Made by a program: the position numbers and the translations under genes. A DNA stretch of 64,000 nt from Haplodiscus bocki (lineage: Eukaryota), in NCBI GenBank assembly GCA_965655095.1, contig OZ296654.1, forward strand, positions 76,880,001 through 76,944,000, written 5' to 3'. Positions 9,351 to 22,330 of the stretch are shown piece after piece. The notes under the pieces were generated by a model, which was not told where the DNA came from, made no database searches, and saw only the letters and a program-made list of their open reading frames with translations. Within the stretch, counting starts at the first letter, position 1, and each line of letters starts with the position of its first letter.

Positions 9351-11559
9351 TTGTGACCAAAGATTATCGTAACATAACAGAGACAGTGTTTTTGCATTAT
9401 CAAGAGTTCACTTGGATTTAGGGAAGCTCCCAAACTTCATGACACTAGAAGAATGGCGCCTACGCACTATCAAGAGGTCACATGGGTCTGGACACAGAAC
9501 GGAACAGTAGGCGGCTACTATGACAAGTGAAATGTACTTATGTTGGCTTTGAAGGAGGACCGTTGCTTCCCTCTGGTGGGTTGACTCTACTACGTGGTTG
9601 CCGTTCGCGTTTCATTTCGATGGAAGCTCTGCAGGTCAGTCTGGTGAAAAAAAATTGTTTCGTATTTATGTTCCTCATGTAGATCCACATATTTTTCGAG
9701 AGAGTTTTTGGCCTCCTTCTCCTCGCTATACAAAATCCCTTTGGGGAAATTTTCTGTAAGGAATTTGGCTGAGAACAGTTGGGGAGATACGTTTGGCCTG
9801 GCCGACAGAGGGCAGTGAATGGCCCACAGAAGGCAGTGAACACTAGTTGTTCATGGTTCCTCAGCTACTTCCAGAGTTGGTGCGGAGACAGGAGTTTGTT
9901 GAAGTTGCTGTGATGCTTGGGCGTCGAGCTTTTGTTATCAGATCCTGCTACAGTACAACTCCTTCGCCTTTCAGCTAAGTATGCTGCAGGAAAAGTTTTT
10001 CTCCTCTCACGTCATTAGATGTTGACACTCAGTCAGTGCAGGTTACCAAATACTCAGTCAGTCGATCTTCGATAAGTTTCGGCTGACCCTTTTCTTCGTG
10101 ATGAAGCGAGCTGGATGCAAGGGTTATCATTAAATCCTCACTTTGAAAATTCTACCAATAGTTTTATTCTGTGGGCACTTCTTTGCCTATCGATCTAATT
10201 ATTAGATTTAGGTTTCGTCAAGAGCATGTTTTCAGGCTTTGGAGGGGTCTTTTCAGATATTTCATTGCTTTTGTCATCGAAGTTTCTCTGCTCTTCATTG
10301 TGTTCGCGTTAACTTCATGGGTAGAAGCTTTCGAAAAAAAGTGATACTTGTCAAGTTACGATCCATAGTGAAGCGGGATACACATTAATTCAAACATTCC
10401 AAAAAAGCAGAAACTATCAACTTCCAAATTACATTACTGGATATCCCCTATGTCTTTCAAAATTCACTTTTTGAAGACCAGAAAAAATTTAGGATCCACT
10501 CCGGGTTGATGATTGAACGTTTTGAAAGAAAAAAAAACGAATAGAAAAGGCTACAACTTCCCAGGGATGAAGAAAAGATTTTGGTTTTTTCCTTTCAGAC
10601 AACCTTTGGATAGACTTTGTCTGAACCAGGACTGGTTGGAGGAAAGTTTCAGCAAAGGAAAGCAGTTGAACCCAAGAAAAACGCGAGCCTCATTGGTTGT
10701 GCTGGATTTTTGATTCAGGTTGTTTAGTTTCCTTCTGAGTGATTCAATAGAGTAGCAATCACTGGAAACGTTAGGTGTTCTGTGATGCCTTTGAGTAAAT
10801 TTTGCCTACAATCTTTCTAGTACTGTGACACTTTTAAGCGGGAGTATCAGATTTTTCGCCTGTCAGTGATACCTATCAGAAGATATGGTGGACCGTTGCC
10901 GACTCTGTCCATCTTTTAGGAGAGAGTCGAAGACAAGCTTGTGAAGCCTTTCGGTATAAAACACAGATACCTTCAAGACAATTCTTTGAACCAAGACTTC
11001 AATCTGCAACTCACTGCATTCCGATAGTTTAAGAGCTCGTCGTAGGAGAAGATGATAAATGAAAGGACATCTTGTAAAATCAAACATCCCTCCGATGGCG
11101 CTTGAAGGTGACTCTGTCGCAGCTAGAAGCACCACTCAGTGGGTAGGATGGTGGACGCTGAGCTCTGTAAAACCCTATTTGTCAGTCACTCAATGAGGTC
11201 AAATCACACCTGAGGAGTCTCAAAAACACCGACCTTGTTCTAACACTGTACACCATTAGAATTGACTAGGAGCCAAATCATTAAAACAACGGGAAAAAGG
11301 CACAAATCGGAAAAAAGGTGAAAAAGGAACAGAAATCACGTAACCGTGTACACTTTTTGTGGCAAAGAGGGAAGCCAAAAAAAAGAGATAACTAATCAAC
11401 CCCGGTTGTACATAATGGATACAAGTTGAGGGTTGACGGACTACCCGAAGCTTAGGAGCAGAAAGAAAAAAAAACGACGACCGCACTGTCAAAAAAGAAT
11501 CAGCAAACCTCAGAATTCATCTTAAGTTGCTGCAGGAAAACCTCGACGTTGAAAGCTTC

Positions 11560-14540
11560 CACAGACTTTGACAGTAACGTAGAACCTTCAAACGGGTGCG
11601 GGTCCCTTTGGTTCTTCTTATAAACATCTGGGACTTGAAAAAATCTTGACTAAATACGGTAACCTGGAGAAATTGACCGGATGGAATATCTAATTTTCCT
11701 CGAGTCAGAATGCAGCAGATTGTTTTTCAAAAACGGAGATAAACAACAAAATGAGGAAGAACTTAAGAGAACACCCAGAAAAAATCACGGTATCCATCTT
11801 GAAACTTTCGATTGACGGAGTTAAGGTCAGGGGCTTTTGTTGAATGGATGAAACTGCAACTTGTGTTCCAAGACGAGTTTGAAAATATTGCGGAAATCTG
11901 TCATGCCAAGTAGGCTGCTTAGTATTCCAAGCCGGAAAAAAAATCTATCCGAAAATAAATTCTTCGAACTTTTGCGACCTTCTGCGTCCCTCTGAAACTT
12001 GGCTTGACGTTAGTTTAGGCAAAGAAGAACTGTTCCTGCCCATGGAGAATCCAATACGCTGCCAATCAAAACCTGGTGAACACCGTAGAGTGCTAGTGGG
12101 CCTTTTTTCAACTCACAAACTGAACAACTTATGCTTCCACAAAAGCACCTGTGTTGCTTTCTCGCTAACTACATTCTAACTCAAAAGCCACTTGTCCTTC
12201 TGTGCACACACAATCCATTAGGTATTTCTAAACTCCGAGGCCCTCAAGCGCCTTCTGGTCCCTGTTAATGATCTTGGAAGCATTATTACTAAAAACTGTT
12301 CTACGTTTTTAGGCGCACATAAAATTCCCATCCGCCAAAAAGGCACAAGCGACCAGCAAAATTGCTTTGGAATAAGGTTGGACCAAAATCTTCCTCACTC
12401 ACAACCCACCCATGTGAACAGAACGTTAAACAGGCCTTTACCGGAAGTTTGCTCGAAGAATTCTCACGGTAAAGGTTTTCGTTACAAGTGCAACCTCCTC
12501 TCTCATTGACAGGCCGCCAATGTTGGCTCATGAATTTTCTATGGTCGAAATTTTCTCAACATCCAACCGACCACATCAAAGGAATTAGAATCAACTATTC
12601 ATTTTTGGGAGGATGGAACCGGCGAGACTTCTTCAAATAATGCTTTTTGTTACCTTTGATTTGTTCTTTTGGACTTTTCCCTTGTTCATGTGGGAGCACC
12701 ATCACGAACTTCTACTATCCAAATTGGACAGTTTCACACCCCCTATAACAATGTGTCCTGCAATGCTGCCCCTTGCAACCTTGACCTTGATAGACAATGG
12801 GAAAATCAGGACAAACGGAAGCAGTATCACTCAAAACGACCTTAGCTGGCAGAAGTATTTAAAAAATTGCTATTATGACAAACCTGCGATCTATCAACAC
12901 AACCCCGGTGCCATTTAGAACGCTGAGAACGTTTTCAGGCACATCAGAACCTTAAAAGCTGGCCCGAAGTTACCCTCCAACTTGAACAACGTGAATGACG
13001 AAACAGTTTTTCAAGGATGACTTCACTTCTGTATATAATTTTTCTCGATCGAAAGTTAACTTCAAAAAAAATGAAGGTGCTATACAATGAGAGTTCGACA
13101 CGAGAAGCAAAATAATGAAGCATCTTCTACTTGATCTCGGCGTTACGAAAAAAAAGTCGAACTGACATTGTCCTGCCGTGCTTCCTACGGAATTTCACAG
13201 GAGAGATCTCAAAATCCTTCTCCTACCTTTCCATTAGGGCAACGCAGACGGGTAACTCTTTTTGCAGTTGAAGCCAGCATGTGTGTAACTTTTGCGCAAC
13301 ATTAGTCCAAGAGGCAACACTGTCATTATTCACCCGGATGCAATGTCGTCGTGTATCAGCAAGGTGCTTGAAAAATGCATTTTTGACAAAGTTCCTTGGA
13401 TAAACCATAATAGTTTACCGGAGTGCCAATTAGGACTTGTTTGTGGCAAATGGTCAATGCTTCAACTGATCGTCTCCGTTAACGCAATTTCCGAAAGCGT
13501 GGATAGTAGGAAAAACAAAAAAGTTGTTTTTTTAAACTTCAAAAAGCATTTGACGAGGTGGATCAAGAGGTGTTAAAGAGACAAACAAAAAGTGCAAGGG
13601 TTCAAAGAGAGATGGGTCATCAACATGGTAGACCAATTAGGTCGGAAGCCATTTTGCCTGACTGAAGGTGCAGATTCATTGAGAATTGATGTCACCAGCG
13701 GGGGCCCTTGGGGTTTGATTGAATAGCCACTCTACTTCATCGTCTACGTTGAGGACCTTCCAGACGTCTTTAACACACTCTTCGCCAATTTTTGCCCCAT
13801 GGCAGATGAAAGTAAATTTCAGGCAAGCATCGTTTTTCTCAAGCAAACCTCAGCAACTCTAGAAGAGTAGGCGATCAGTGACGGAAAAGTTTCCCCAATG
13901 AACAGCAAAGTAGTTGTTTTCGATGTAGATCCCGGCAGAACCAGCTTAACGCAGACCAAAAAAATTTGGATTGTCGAAGAGATTTGAGAATGACTGGTTA
14001 TTTGACGCCTGCAATCTGAACTGCTTAGATCAATTCTCAAAACGAAGCCTATGGAAACTTCCATCAACTCAAAAGGAAAGTTTCTCAGAGCTTTACCTTC
14101 TTAACGAAGCAAGTCCTCTAATAAACAAACAATCAGTCCTCCGCCATGGACATCCCTGCTGGTTGGTTTCCAGAGGAGACATCAAAAGGTTGGATCTCCA
14201 TCAGGACCGTCTGAAAAAATGGACCCTACCCTCTCTAACGAACTGGGAGGATCATTTGATCATGTTGTACAATCTCTATTTCCTCGCTACCTGCAGATGA
14301 TAGACATTCTCAAGCCAGTAACAAATTGCAATATGCGCTTATGACTTAGATCAGAATCACTTTGCCATTTTATATGTTGGCTAAAACGGGAAAACAGAAA
14401 AAGAGCTGTTACGAGAACACTTCAATTCAGTTTTCGCTATGATGAGTTCCTTTACAAGACTACGCGTCTTCGCTCAGCTCTACCAGCGATTGACATTACG
14501 GAAGCAAGAGGGCTGAAGGCAAAAATTTACCGATCACAAA
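11560..14540 (+). mobile_element. Decayed CR1/L2-type LINE
   Basis: SETWL (about 11990), SCISKVLEKCIFD...VVFLNFKK (13292-13576 ORF), VTSGGPWG...PLYFIVYVEDLP (about 13690-13762) and MADESK at the FADD position (about 13800). Confidence 0.75.
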
Positions 14541-15049
14541 GTCAATATTTAACCTACACTACAAATAAAACAACCATTGCTCTTAGAACCTGAGCTTCAG
14601 ACGTCGAGCATCCGCTGGCTGAAACAGTGAATGCTTTTGATACGAGCTGTATGTCTTTTCGACCTTGATTGTAAAACTGCAATAAAATCATTGAAATTAT
14701 TTTTATAAAGGAAAATTTTTTCCAATGGTTTTTTAACAGTGAAGGCAATCCGCACCTCTCTCAATGTTTCAAACAGGCAACACGGCGATACATCAATGAA
14801 CGTCACAAACTCGGTTCCTTCAAACGTTGGCAGTTTTCCCATCTCACTGACTGGCCTTACATCTCCACCACGGAGGCATGTTTCAAAAGTTTTTAACAAA
14901 TATAATCAGTAGGTGCCCAAAAGCATAATTTTCCTCCACTGTGAATTAAGCGCTGGAGAAGACTGCCTGAGAAACAACACAAACAAAAACATAATTCCCC
15001 AATATCCAACCTGGCACCTCTGGTGTTACGAATATATCTAGCGCGGTAG

Positions 15050-17250
15050 TAGTGGTATATCAGAATTTAGGACGCTGTGCAAAACTTTACCATCTATTGT
15101 TTGAGTTATAGTTTTTGATTTTTGTTGCAGTGTCCACATCTGTATATATTTTGCCAAGTGCACTTGTCTGCTTCAGAGTGGGTTGCTTCATTATAGTGCC
15201 AGTACAAATCCAAAAGTATCGTTTTTTTCTGCTCTGATCCGTAATTGGGAAGGTTTCGGATGATTTGGAGTACAAATTTTTGATCAACGATAAAAATTGG
15301 CCTCTGGAATGTCGTATGTTCCACAACGAGTTTCAAGCGATTCTTTTGCCGTTTGATTCTTTCTTGTATTTCTGCATGAAGGAGTTTGGTTCTACGTCAA
15401 AAAAACTTCAATTGAGAGCGGTCAAACAAAGTAGATCATGACGCTGGACAATTCGCAAAAAAAACTAAATTCATTTGTCTTTTTTGTCCTTGTGTGGCCC
15501 GTCTGTGCCAAACAAAACGCAAATGGTTGCTTTTTTCTCCAATGTTTAAAGGTAACAACAGATTTCTTAACGGCAGACTGCCCAATTGAGCTTTATGTAG
15601 CTATTGGTACACTGAGTCCTACAGAAATCTCATGTTTTTTTGAACGGAAATAGTTTTCCGACACTTTTGTTTCCGCATCGTAGAGGGTTATTGGTGCCTT
15701 TTCTGCATTTTTAGACAGTGTGCATTCTTAGACGGACAATTGAACACCATGAATAAAGATCTCTTAGAGTGTTGCCTTGTTTAAGTTGCTTGTCCTAGAA
15801 AACCCTTTTAATCCTACTGAAATTGCATGTGTTCAGACTCAGTGACAGTCGGTTCTCCTTGCACCATTGCTCGAGCAAACAGGCGTCATAGTTGAGGTTT
15901 TCTTCGTCTTCATTTAGTCTCCTGAAAACAACAGCAAAGCTAAAATGAGCCGAGCAAAAAACGCAGCGGCAAGTAAAGTACAGAGTTTTGAGAAAGAGCA
16001 AGGGGCCGAAAAATAGAACCCCGAGAAACTCAACTGGTGACTGTTCATTCAGATGAATTGCTGTTCTAGATTCTGGCACTCTCGCTAAGATCATCAAGGT
16101 ACAATTTGATAAGATTGAGAAAGTTTCTCTTTCTTAGCTGATCGGTCATTTCTCTCAGGAAAACATGATCAAGCAACTTGTCGAATGCGGTCCAGAAATG
16201 ATGATGGAGCCGGCCCGATTTTCCAGAGTTGCGGTCTGGTTGCCGATCCTCTCTTTAAGACCTGCTTGCTCAACATGCGGATTGTTTTTGATTGACGCAC
16301 AGATCTTGTCAAAAACGATGCCTTCAAAAAATTCTGATTTGGAATGCAAAAAGGTGATCGATCTGTAGTGATGATTTTTGATATTCTGCCATGTTCGAGA
16401 ATGGTCATCACTTGAGTGATTTTCTGAATTCTGGGGTTGAGTCTCTAATTCATCAATTCCTGAAGAATGGAAAGAATGGAATCTCAGTTCGTTCGGGAAA
16501 TTTCTGATGAGAATTCATTTAAATTGATGAGGGCCAGTTGTTTCCAAATAAATCACTTTTGTCCGTTTAATTTGAAAATATATTTTAGAGAAAACGATAA
16601 AAGTTAACTTTTCAGGCTCAAAAATTTGAGGTCTGGACGTTTCCTCTGAAAAAGTACAAAGGAAGAAATCACTGAAGAAGTGGGCTTGTTTTGTGTCAGA
16701 GTCAGTTGATCTCAACAGGTTGCGTTTGACGGTTGTTGCCTATACATTGAAGGTATTTCTCAATTTCTTTTTTGCAATGTTGAAGAGAGTTTCAGGTATC
16801 TGCAATTTTGATTGCATTTTCAGCTTTTTCAGCAGATGCGGGTTCTCACTTGATAGGCAGGGTGGCAATGATGCTTTATGCTTTGTTACGCGAGAATTGT
16901 GTTTTTGTATTGTTGTAGTCAGCCATGAAAACCGTTGACCTATTGTTTGGTCTACATTTCCGAAGGAATTTGGAATGAAAAGATCTTCCTCCTTGTCTCT
17001 TGACAGATCATCCCAGCTCCCAGGTTTGAGTGCAAGTTTCTTATTCGACATGGTGATCATTTCATGCAATTGATGTCGGAAAGGATTCAAAAAGGCTAGA
17101 TGATCCGAGTATATTTTTTTCTTCTAGCAATGCTCTTAAAAAACCAGAGTTACTAATTGTACTCTCGCTGATCAAACGACTTTTTCCGGCAGTTTTTGAG
17201 TATTACACAATGTTGAGTTTTCAGGACATGACACAAGTTCAAGTCGGAGA
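15050..17250 (-). mobile_element. Decayed CR1/L2-type LINE
   Basis: SDHL (about 17100), KASLPPCLSS linker, SKSEFFEGIVFDKI, TSGVPRGS (about 16020-16040), GPLLFL and LEQWCKENRLSLS. Confidence 0.7.
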
Positions 17251-17299
17251 ATGCAACAAGAACTAACTAGTAATTTGCACTTTTTCATGACGGTGAAGA

Positions 17300-17900
17300 C
17301 CACGAGGTCTAGTTGAGTTTCCATTCACTCGTGACGGTTACTTGTTCAGCAAAGTACGAAGTCACCATCACGATCAGAGTTTATAATTTGTCCAATGGCC
17401 AAAAGAATAGTCTTCCTATAGGAGGGTCCTCTATAAATAAGAACAATACAGTGGTGCAATTGTTCAAAATGTCAACAGTAATAATTTGGTCTAAGTCTAG
17501 GTCGATATTCATTTCGGCTAAATTGATGTTGAGTATTCAAGGCATCAGGATTACCCTATAATTTGAATTGAGGTCACTTGTTCTCCAATCCTTCCGGAGG
17601 AGTTTCTTCTATGGTAGGAGCAATGCTGAAATGGGAATTCTGGCAGTTAACCAAGTTTAGTTAAGACAAACATGTCCGGTTGCATCCCCGAGATTTTGTT
17701 GGAGAAGTTTGTGCGTTGCATCAAGTCACTAATGTTTTCTATTTTGAAGGTAGGAAGGGTTAATTGATGATCCATCCAATGAGATTTCAATTGGTAGCCG
17801 TCGTTGGCTGTAAGTGCACCGTTGCAGTCGCAGTAGGGGCTCCAATTTTTCACTTCGAGGTTTTCCAAAGTCCATTTGCGGATCGGGTGGGTCTTCAGCT
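17300..17900 (-). mobile_element. Possible BEL/Pao LTR element remnant (post-integrase DUF5641-like region)
   Basis: Minus-strand fragments ALTAN, KDWRNK, VLIYRG/EDPP and WPL(G)QIINSDRDG resemble the BEL/Pao W..EYL...WPLGRI...G.DG motif. Confidence 0.4.
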
Positions 17901-19021
17901 TATCATATTTGTCAATGAAAATTCGATGCAACACACTTCTTTCATTCTTTTTTCGGTGATTTCTAAAAATATTTCGTTGCTAACTTAGTTCGGTTTATTT
18001 TCAAGCTAGTTGTCATCAGGGAAAAGTTCATCCGTTTTTACTAGCAAGTCTCGGTTTAGCTGAATGTCAGTTTTAATAGAAAAAGTTTGCAGTTTCCGCT
18101 GATTGATTTTTCTCATCTTTTTCATTTTGATCAGTCAATTCTTCTCTACTTCGAGGAACTGAAGCATGGTTTCTACTACTGTTTTGTCATTTGCATTTGT
18201 CATTTACCGGCACTCAAATTTTCCCGTTCAGTTATTTCGCAGATGGGTAGCGTTAATCCATCGAGGGAGTGGCCTTTCGAGGTTTGGCGAATCAGTCTGC
18301 CAGAGGATGAGGTCCCTTTGGATGCAGCTTAAGTGTTCGGTTTTGCTGTTATTTTCGCAACATCCTGTTCGAAGTATCTGACACCCCAACTTGGCTAGGC
18401 TGGTCTGTCTAGTCGAACTGTAAGGTTTGATTTCATTTCCTTGAGCTGCTTTTATTGCTTGTTAGTGTTGGACTGGTGTTCGCGAATCTCCTGTTTTTCC
18501 TTCTGCACAGATTTTTTGTTGTCCAGTTAAGCTAGCATTCAACAATAGAAAGAGTCTCATACCTGTAAAATATTTAGAGGGAAGAATTCCAACAAGCAAA
18601 TCATTCTAATTGTATAAAATTCAAGTGTGATCTCTTTTAGAACCTTACGTGTACTGACTTCAACGGTAAAAAAAATTCCGCTCAAAAACTTGATACAAAT
18701 TGCAACTAAAAGCCAATGGAAATCATATTGACGAGGTGAAATTTTGAGTGGTTGCCCCGCGCTTCGGCTCAATTTTGCTTAGCAAAAGATCTCATGATCT
18801 GTAGAGAAATTCCGGTTTCGCTGTTTTCTTCCAGATTTACGAGATTGGTCCAGAGTCAAGTTCAACCCACTTGATTTCCTTCCGGTGGCAAAATTGGTCT
18901 GCTGACCCAAAAATTGAGACTCTAAAATGAAATCTACCGATAAACTTCTTTTTGTTATCGAGAAAAACTTTCCAGTAATTATCAGCTGAGTACCATAACG
19001 TTTCCTTGCATTCCTGAACCA

Positions 19022-19345
19022 TCATCTGTGATGAGTGTGTGTTTGCCGGTCAAAATGTGTTTCTGGGACCGACAATTCACTTACCTCGTCCGAAATGTTT
19101 TGTCGAGTCTCATCATTTACTTTTGATACACGTAGTATGTCGTTGTTTTCAGATGCATTCTCAAAAGAGGCGTTAATCTCTACACGTTCCCCACGTTCTG
19201 AGTTTACACTAGTCACACTCTTATTGTCCACAACATTTTCTTGTCTCTCGCAAGACGTGTTGCCAATAATCATATCCTGATGAAAGTCGTCTAATTGGCC
19301 GAGAAGCCTTCTGCTTGACTGTCTTTTCTTGTGAGTAGAAACCAT
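19022..19345 (-). other. 107-aa orphan ORF, probably the 5' coding part of a repeat or LTR element
   Basis: Clean ATG-initiated frame (MVSTHKKRQSSRRLLGQLDDF...) in otherwise stop-riddled DNA, with a basic N-terminus. No domain identified. Confidence 0.3.
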
Positions 19346-20392
19346 GTTTGCTTTACTAATTCAATTCCACTTGATATCACAATATTAACAATAACACAAG
19401 AACTTGATGATATTAAAAGTACCAAGTTGTTAGTAACTTCGAAAATATAAAAGACAATAAAAGTTCGAACGAATGTTTTGCAGACTGTTTTTCAGGATGA
19501 CAGTTCTTCTTATGAAGATGGTTCCTTTCTCAACTGAAGGTCACCCTTTTCCCCATTGACCTCAGACTCGTCGACCATTTGGGTGATGCAATCCACTGAC
19601 GTCATGTTTTCGGTTCTAATTTTAATCAAAACTTCAAAGTGTTTAACCTGAATTACAAACTTCATCATTATGACATCACTTTAAAAATAGTAACAAAACA
19701 AACTTCAAAGGAAAAACACCGAAAAATCATGACTATCAAAATATGGCTATGGAATCTGGATAAATGTTCAAGGTGAATAAAATCATGTTTGCATGCGTAA
19801 TTCATATCATGGGTGGTCATTTATGGTTATAATATAGTAGATATGACAAGGATATTGATATTGAACTTCATGCATAGGTGTTAACTTTCAGCTGAATTGT
19901 GGTGGTCAAACGTGGGCACTTATGACCGTTCTTTGACCAGGTAATAATTTCACTCGATATTTAATAATAACTAGCACTAGGTAAATTATTATCACATAAT
20001 TAATTAAATATATGCTTTAATAAGTACATAGCAACGTCTTTTAATTGAATATGGTCATACTTCGGCCCTTCTGACTTCATTTGGCCGTAATTTGCCTTTT
20101 GTTTAGAAGCGACCACTCCCTTTGAATAGTGTGGTCAAAATTAGGTCCTTGTGAGCAATTTTGACCACGCTCCAGCAGCGCTTTTGCTTGGTAAGGATTC
20201 TGACAAAGGATACTTGTTTTACCAATCAAATTTAAGTATAGGACTGCAAGTTATTTGAGCACGTTGAGCATTTGTTTATATCCGTTTTCTCATGATACAA
20301 GCTTCTTTTCTATTTGTATGGATTTTGCACAGTAATGAAATAAGTATCTAGATATATAGATCTACATAGGATTGTATATATATAATATATAT

Positions 20393-20592
20393 NNNNNNNN
20401 NNNNNNNNNNNNNNNNNNNNNNNNNNNNNNNNNNNNNNNNNNNNNNNNNNNNNNNNNNNNNNNNNNNNNNNNNNNNNNNNNNNNNNNNNNNNNNNNNNNN
20501 NNNNNNNNNNNNNNNNNNNNNNNNNNNNNNNNNNNNNNNNNNNNNNNNNNNNNNNNNNNNNNNNNNNNNNNNNNNNNNNNNNNNNNNNNNNN
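20393..20592. other. Assembly gap (200 N)
   Basis: Run of exactly 200 N, flanked on the left by TA-rich sequence. Confidence 1.
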
Positions 20593-20749
20593 TCCAGCTA
20601 GTTATTTTGGTGAGGGTTTAATCAGTTTGGTCTTCGAATAAGGGCAGAGTATATCCTGTGTGCCCGCGTTTTGTCCATTGTAATTAACCGAGTAGACCAA
20701 GCCGTCACAGGCGGCAGCCTGCGACATCATCTCTATCTAGGCTGAAATT

Positions 20750-22330
20750 GAAACTTTAGGTCATGCTACTCTTCAGATTTCACTCATATTCGACTTTTTT
20801 CGGTCCAGATCCTTTTCTCTCTTCAGATTTTCCCTCAAAGTGATTTCGCTATCATTAGTCCACCATCTCTAGACTTTTATTATCTCATATCAATTTTTTT
20901 AACCAGATCAGTGTTTTTGCTTTTGTGTGCAAATATCAAAGTTTTTGAGCCCTCAAGGAGCCATAATGCTGTTTGAAGTTCACAAGTTTTGAGATCTTTT
21001 TTTGATTCCTCACTGAGCGGACAATTGCTTTTGTAGTTAAAGATAAAATTTACAGCTGAAAAATGATCTGATTGTTTAGAGCCAGCGCAATCAGCAACGC
21101 AATCTTGGTCAAAGGAGCAAAACAGACTTTATGAGAACTATGCTTGTTGTTTGAGTGATATGCAAAGGTTCAAACGGTTGTGTGTGAGTGTGTGACAACC
21201 TTTAAGCGACGCTTGTATTTTTACATACGGATCTAGAAGCTCAAGTTTATCGCCCAAACACTTACTTGATATGAATATTTCAGGAACCACCTGGTTGAGA
21301 AGTGACCTTTTGGGTTAAGCTTACACAGTATTTGCTCAATTGGGTACTGAAAGTTGATTACACTAATTGGATACTCACTATTTGACAGCTTATTAACTGG
21401 TTCTCAGTCGCTCAAACACATTGTTTTGGGATTGATCCTATAGCAAAAAAACAGATATCAGCTAAAACGTAACTCTCTGTAAGTTTCGGAATCATGATGA
21501 AAGTCGTGGTAGCAACTTCAAGGAAAAGAACATTATAGCGTTTGAATTTTGAGAGACAGAAGTCTTTAGAAAATACTGTCAGATCCTATTTTTGTTGAGT
21601 TTGATTCTGAACAAGGCCTCAGACTGTGAATTTTACTCCAACCAGGCACACATTAGGAAACCAATCTATTAGATGTGGCACCAATTTTTTGAATAACTTT
21701 CTAACAGCAAATCAGACAAGCAATCAAAGGACACTTACTGACTAACAAATAGCTGACCTTCGACTCAATCAGAAAGCACGAATTCTCTTTCGAACAATCT
21801 GATTTCCAAGACGCTTTCCAAACGCGCTAAAACGAAATTTTCATAACTGAAGAACCGATCTTTCAAAAACACAAAAGTTTTCTTCTTTTCAACGATGGTT
21901 ACTAATATCAATAGCCACACTGAAAAAAAATAAAGGTTTTTTTCATACCATTGGTCGCCATTAATTCTTCATGGTCTTTTCTGATAGCAGAGAATCTCGA
22001 ATAAAACGAAAGTTGAGTAGCCTTGAGCAGGAAGTTCAAACAAAAAATGTGAATGAAAGTTTGATCCTTTGGGTCCTTTGAGCAAAGTTCGCTGTAGTCA
22101 CAAGAAGCTTCCCTCATTGGTGAATTATCTGTTGTTTGGTTTATCGGAACAGTGTCACGGCTAACAGATTTTCATGAGTGAGAAGAAGAGACACCGAAGC
22201 TAAACAACCTGCCACTATTGAGAAACATCTAACAAAACTCAGACGTGGCATGAATGTGCCTTCACTACCTGACAGCAAACATAGATGAAGTCACTGCTCA
22301 GCAACAGAGAGAACGATTAAACTGTTTAGA
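20750..22330 (-). mobile_element. Decayed LINE 5' half (ORF1 and endonuclease remnants)
   Basis: Minus-strand SDHF (21061-21072), THTHNRLNLCI at the GNTLDL position (about 21155-21192) and a possible PHD remnant near 22247-22280. Confidence 0.45.
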
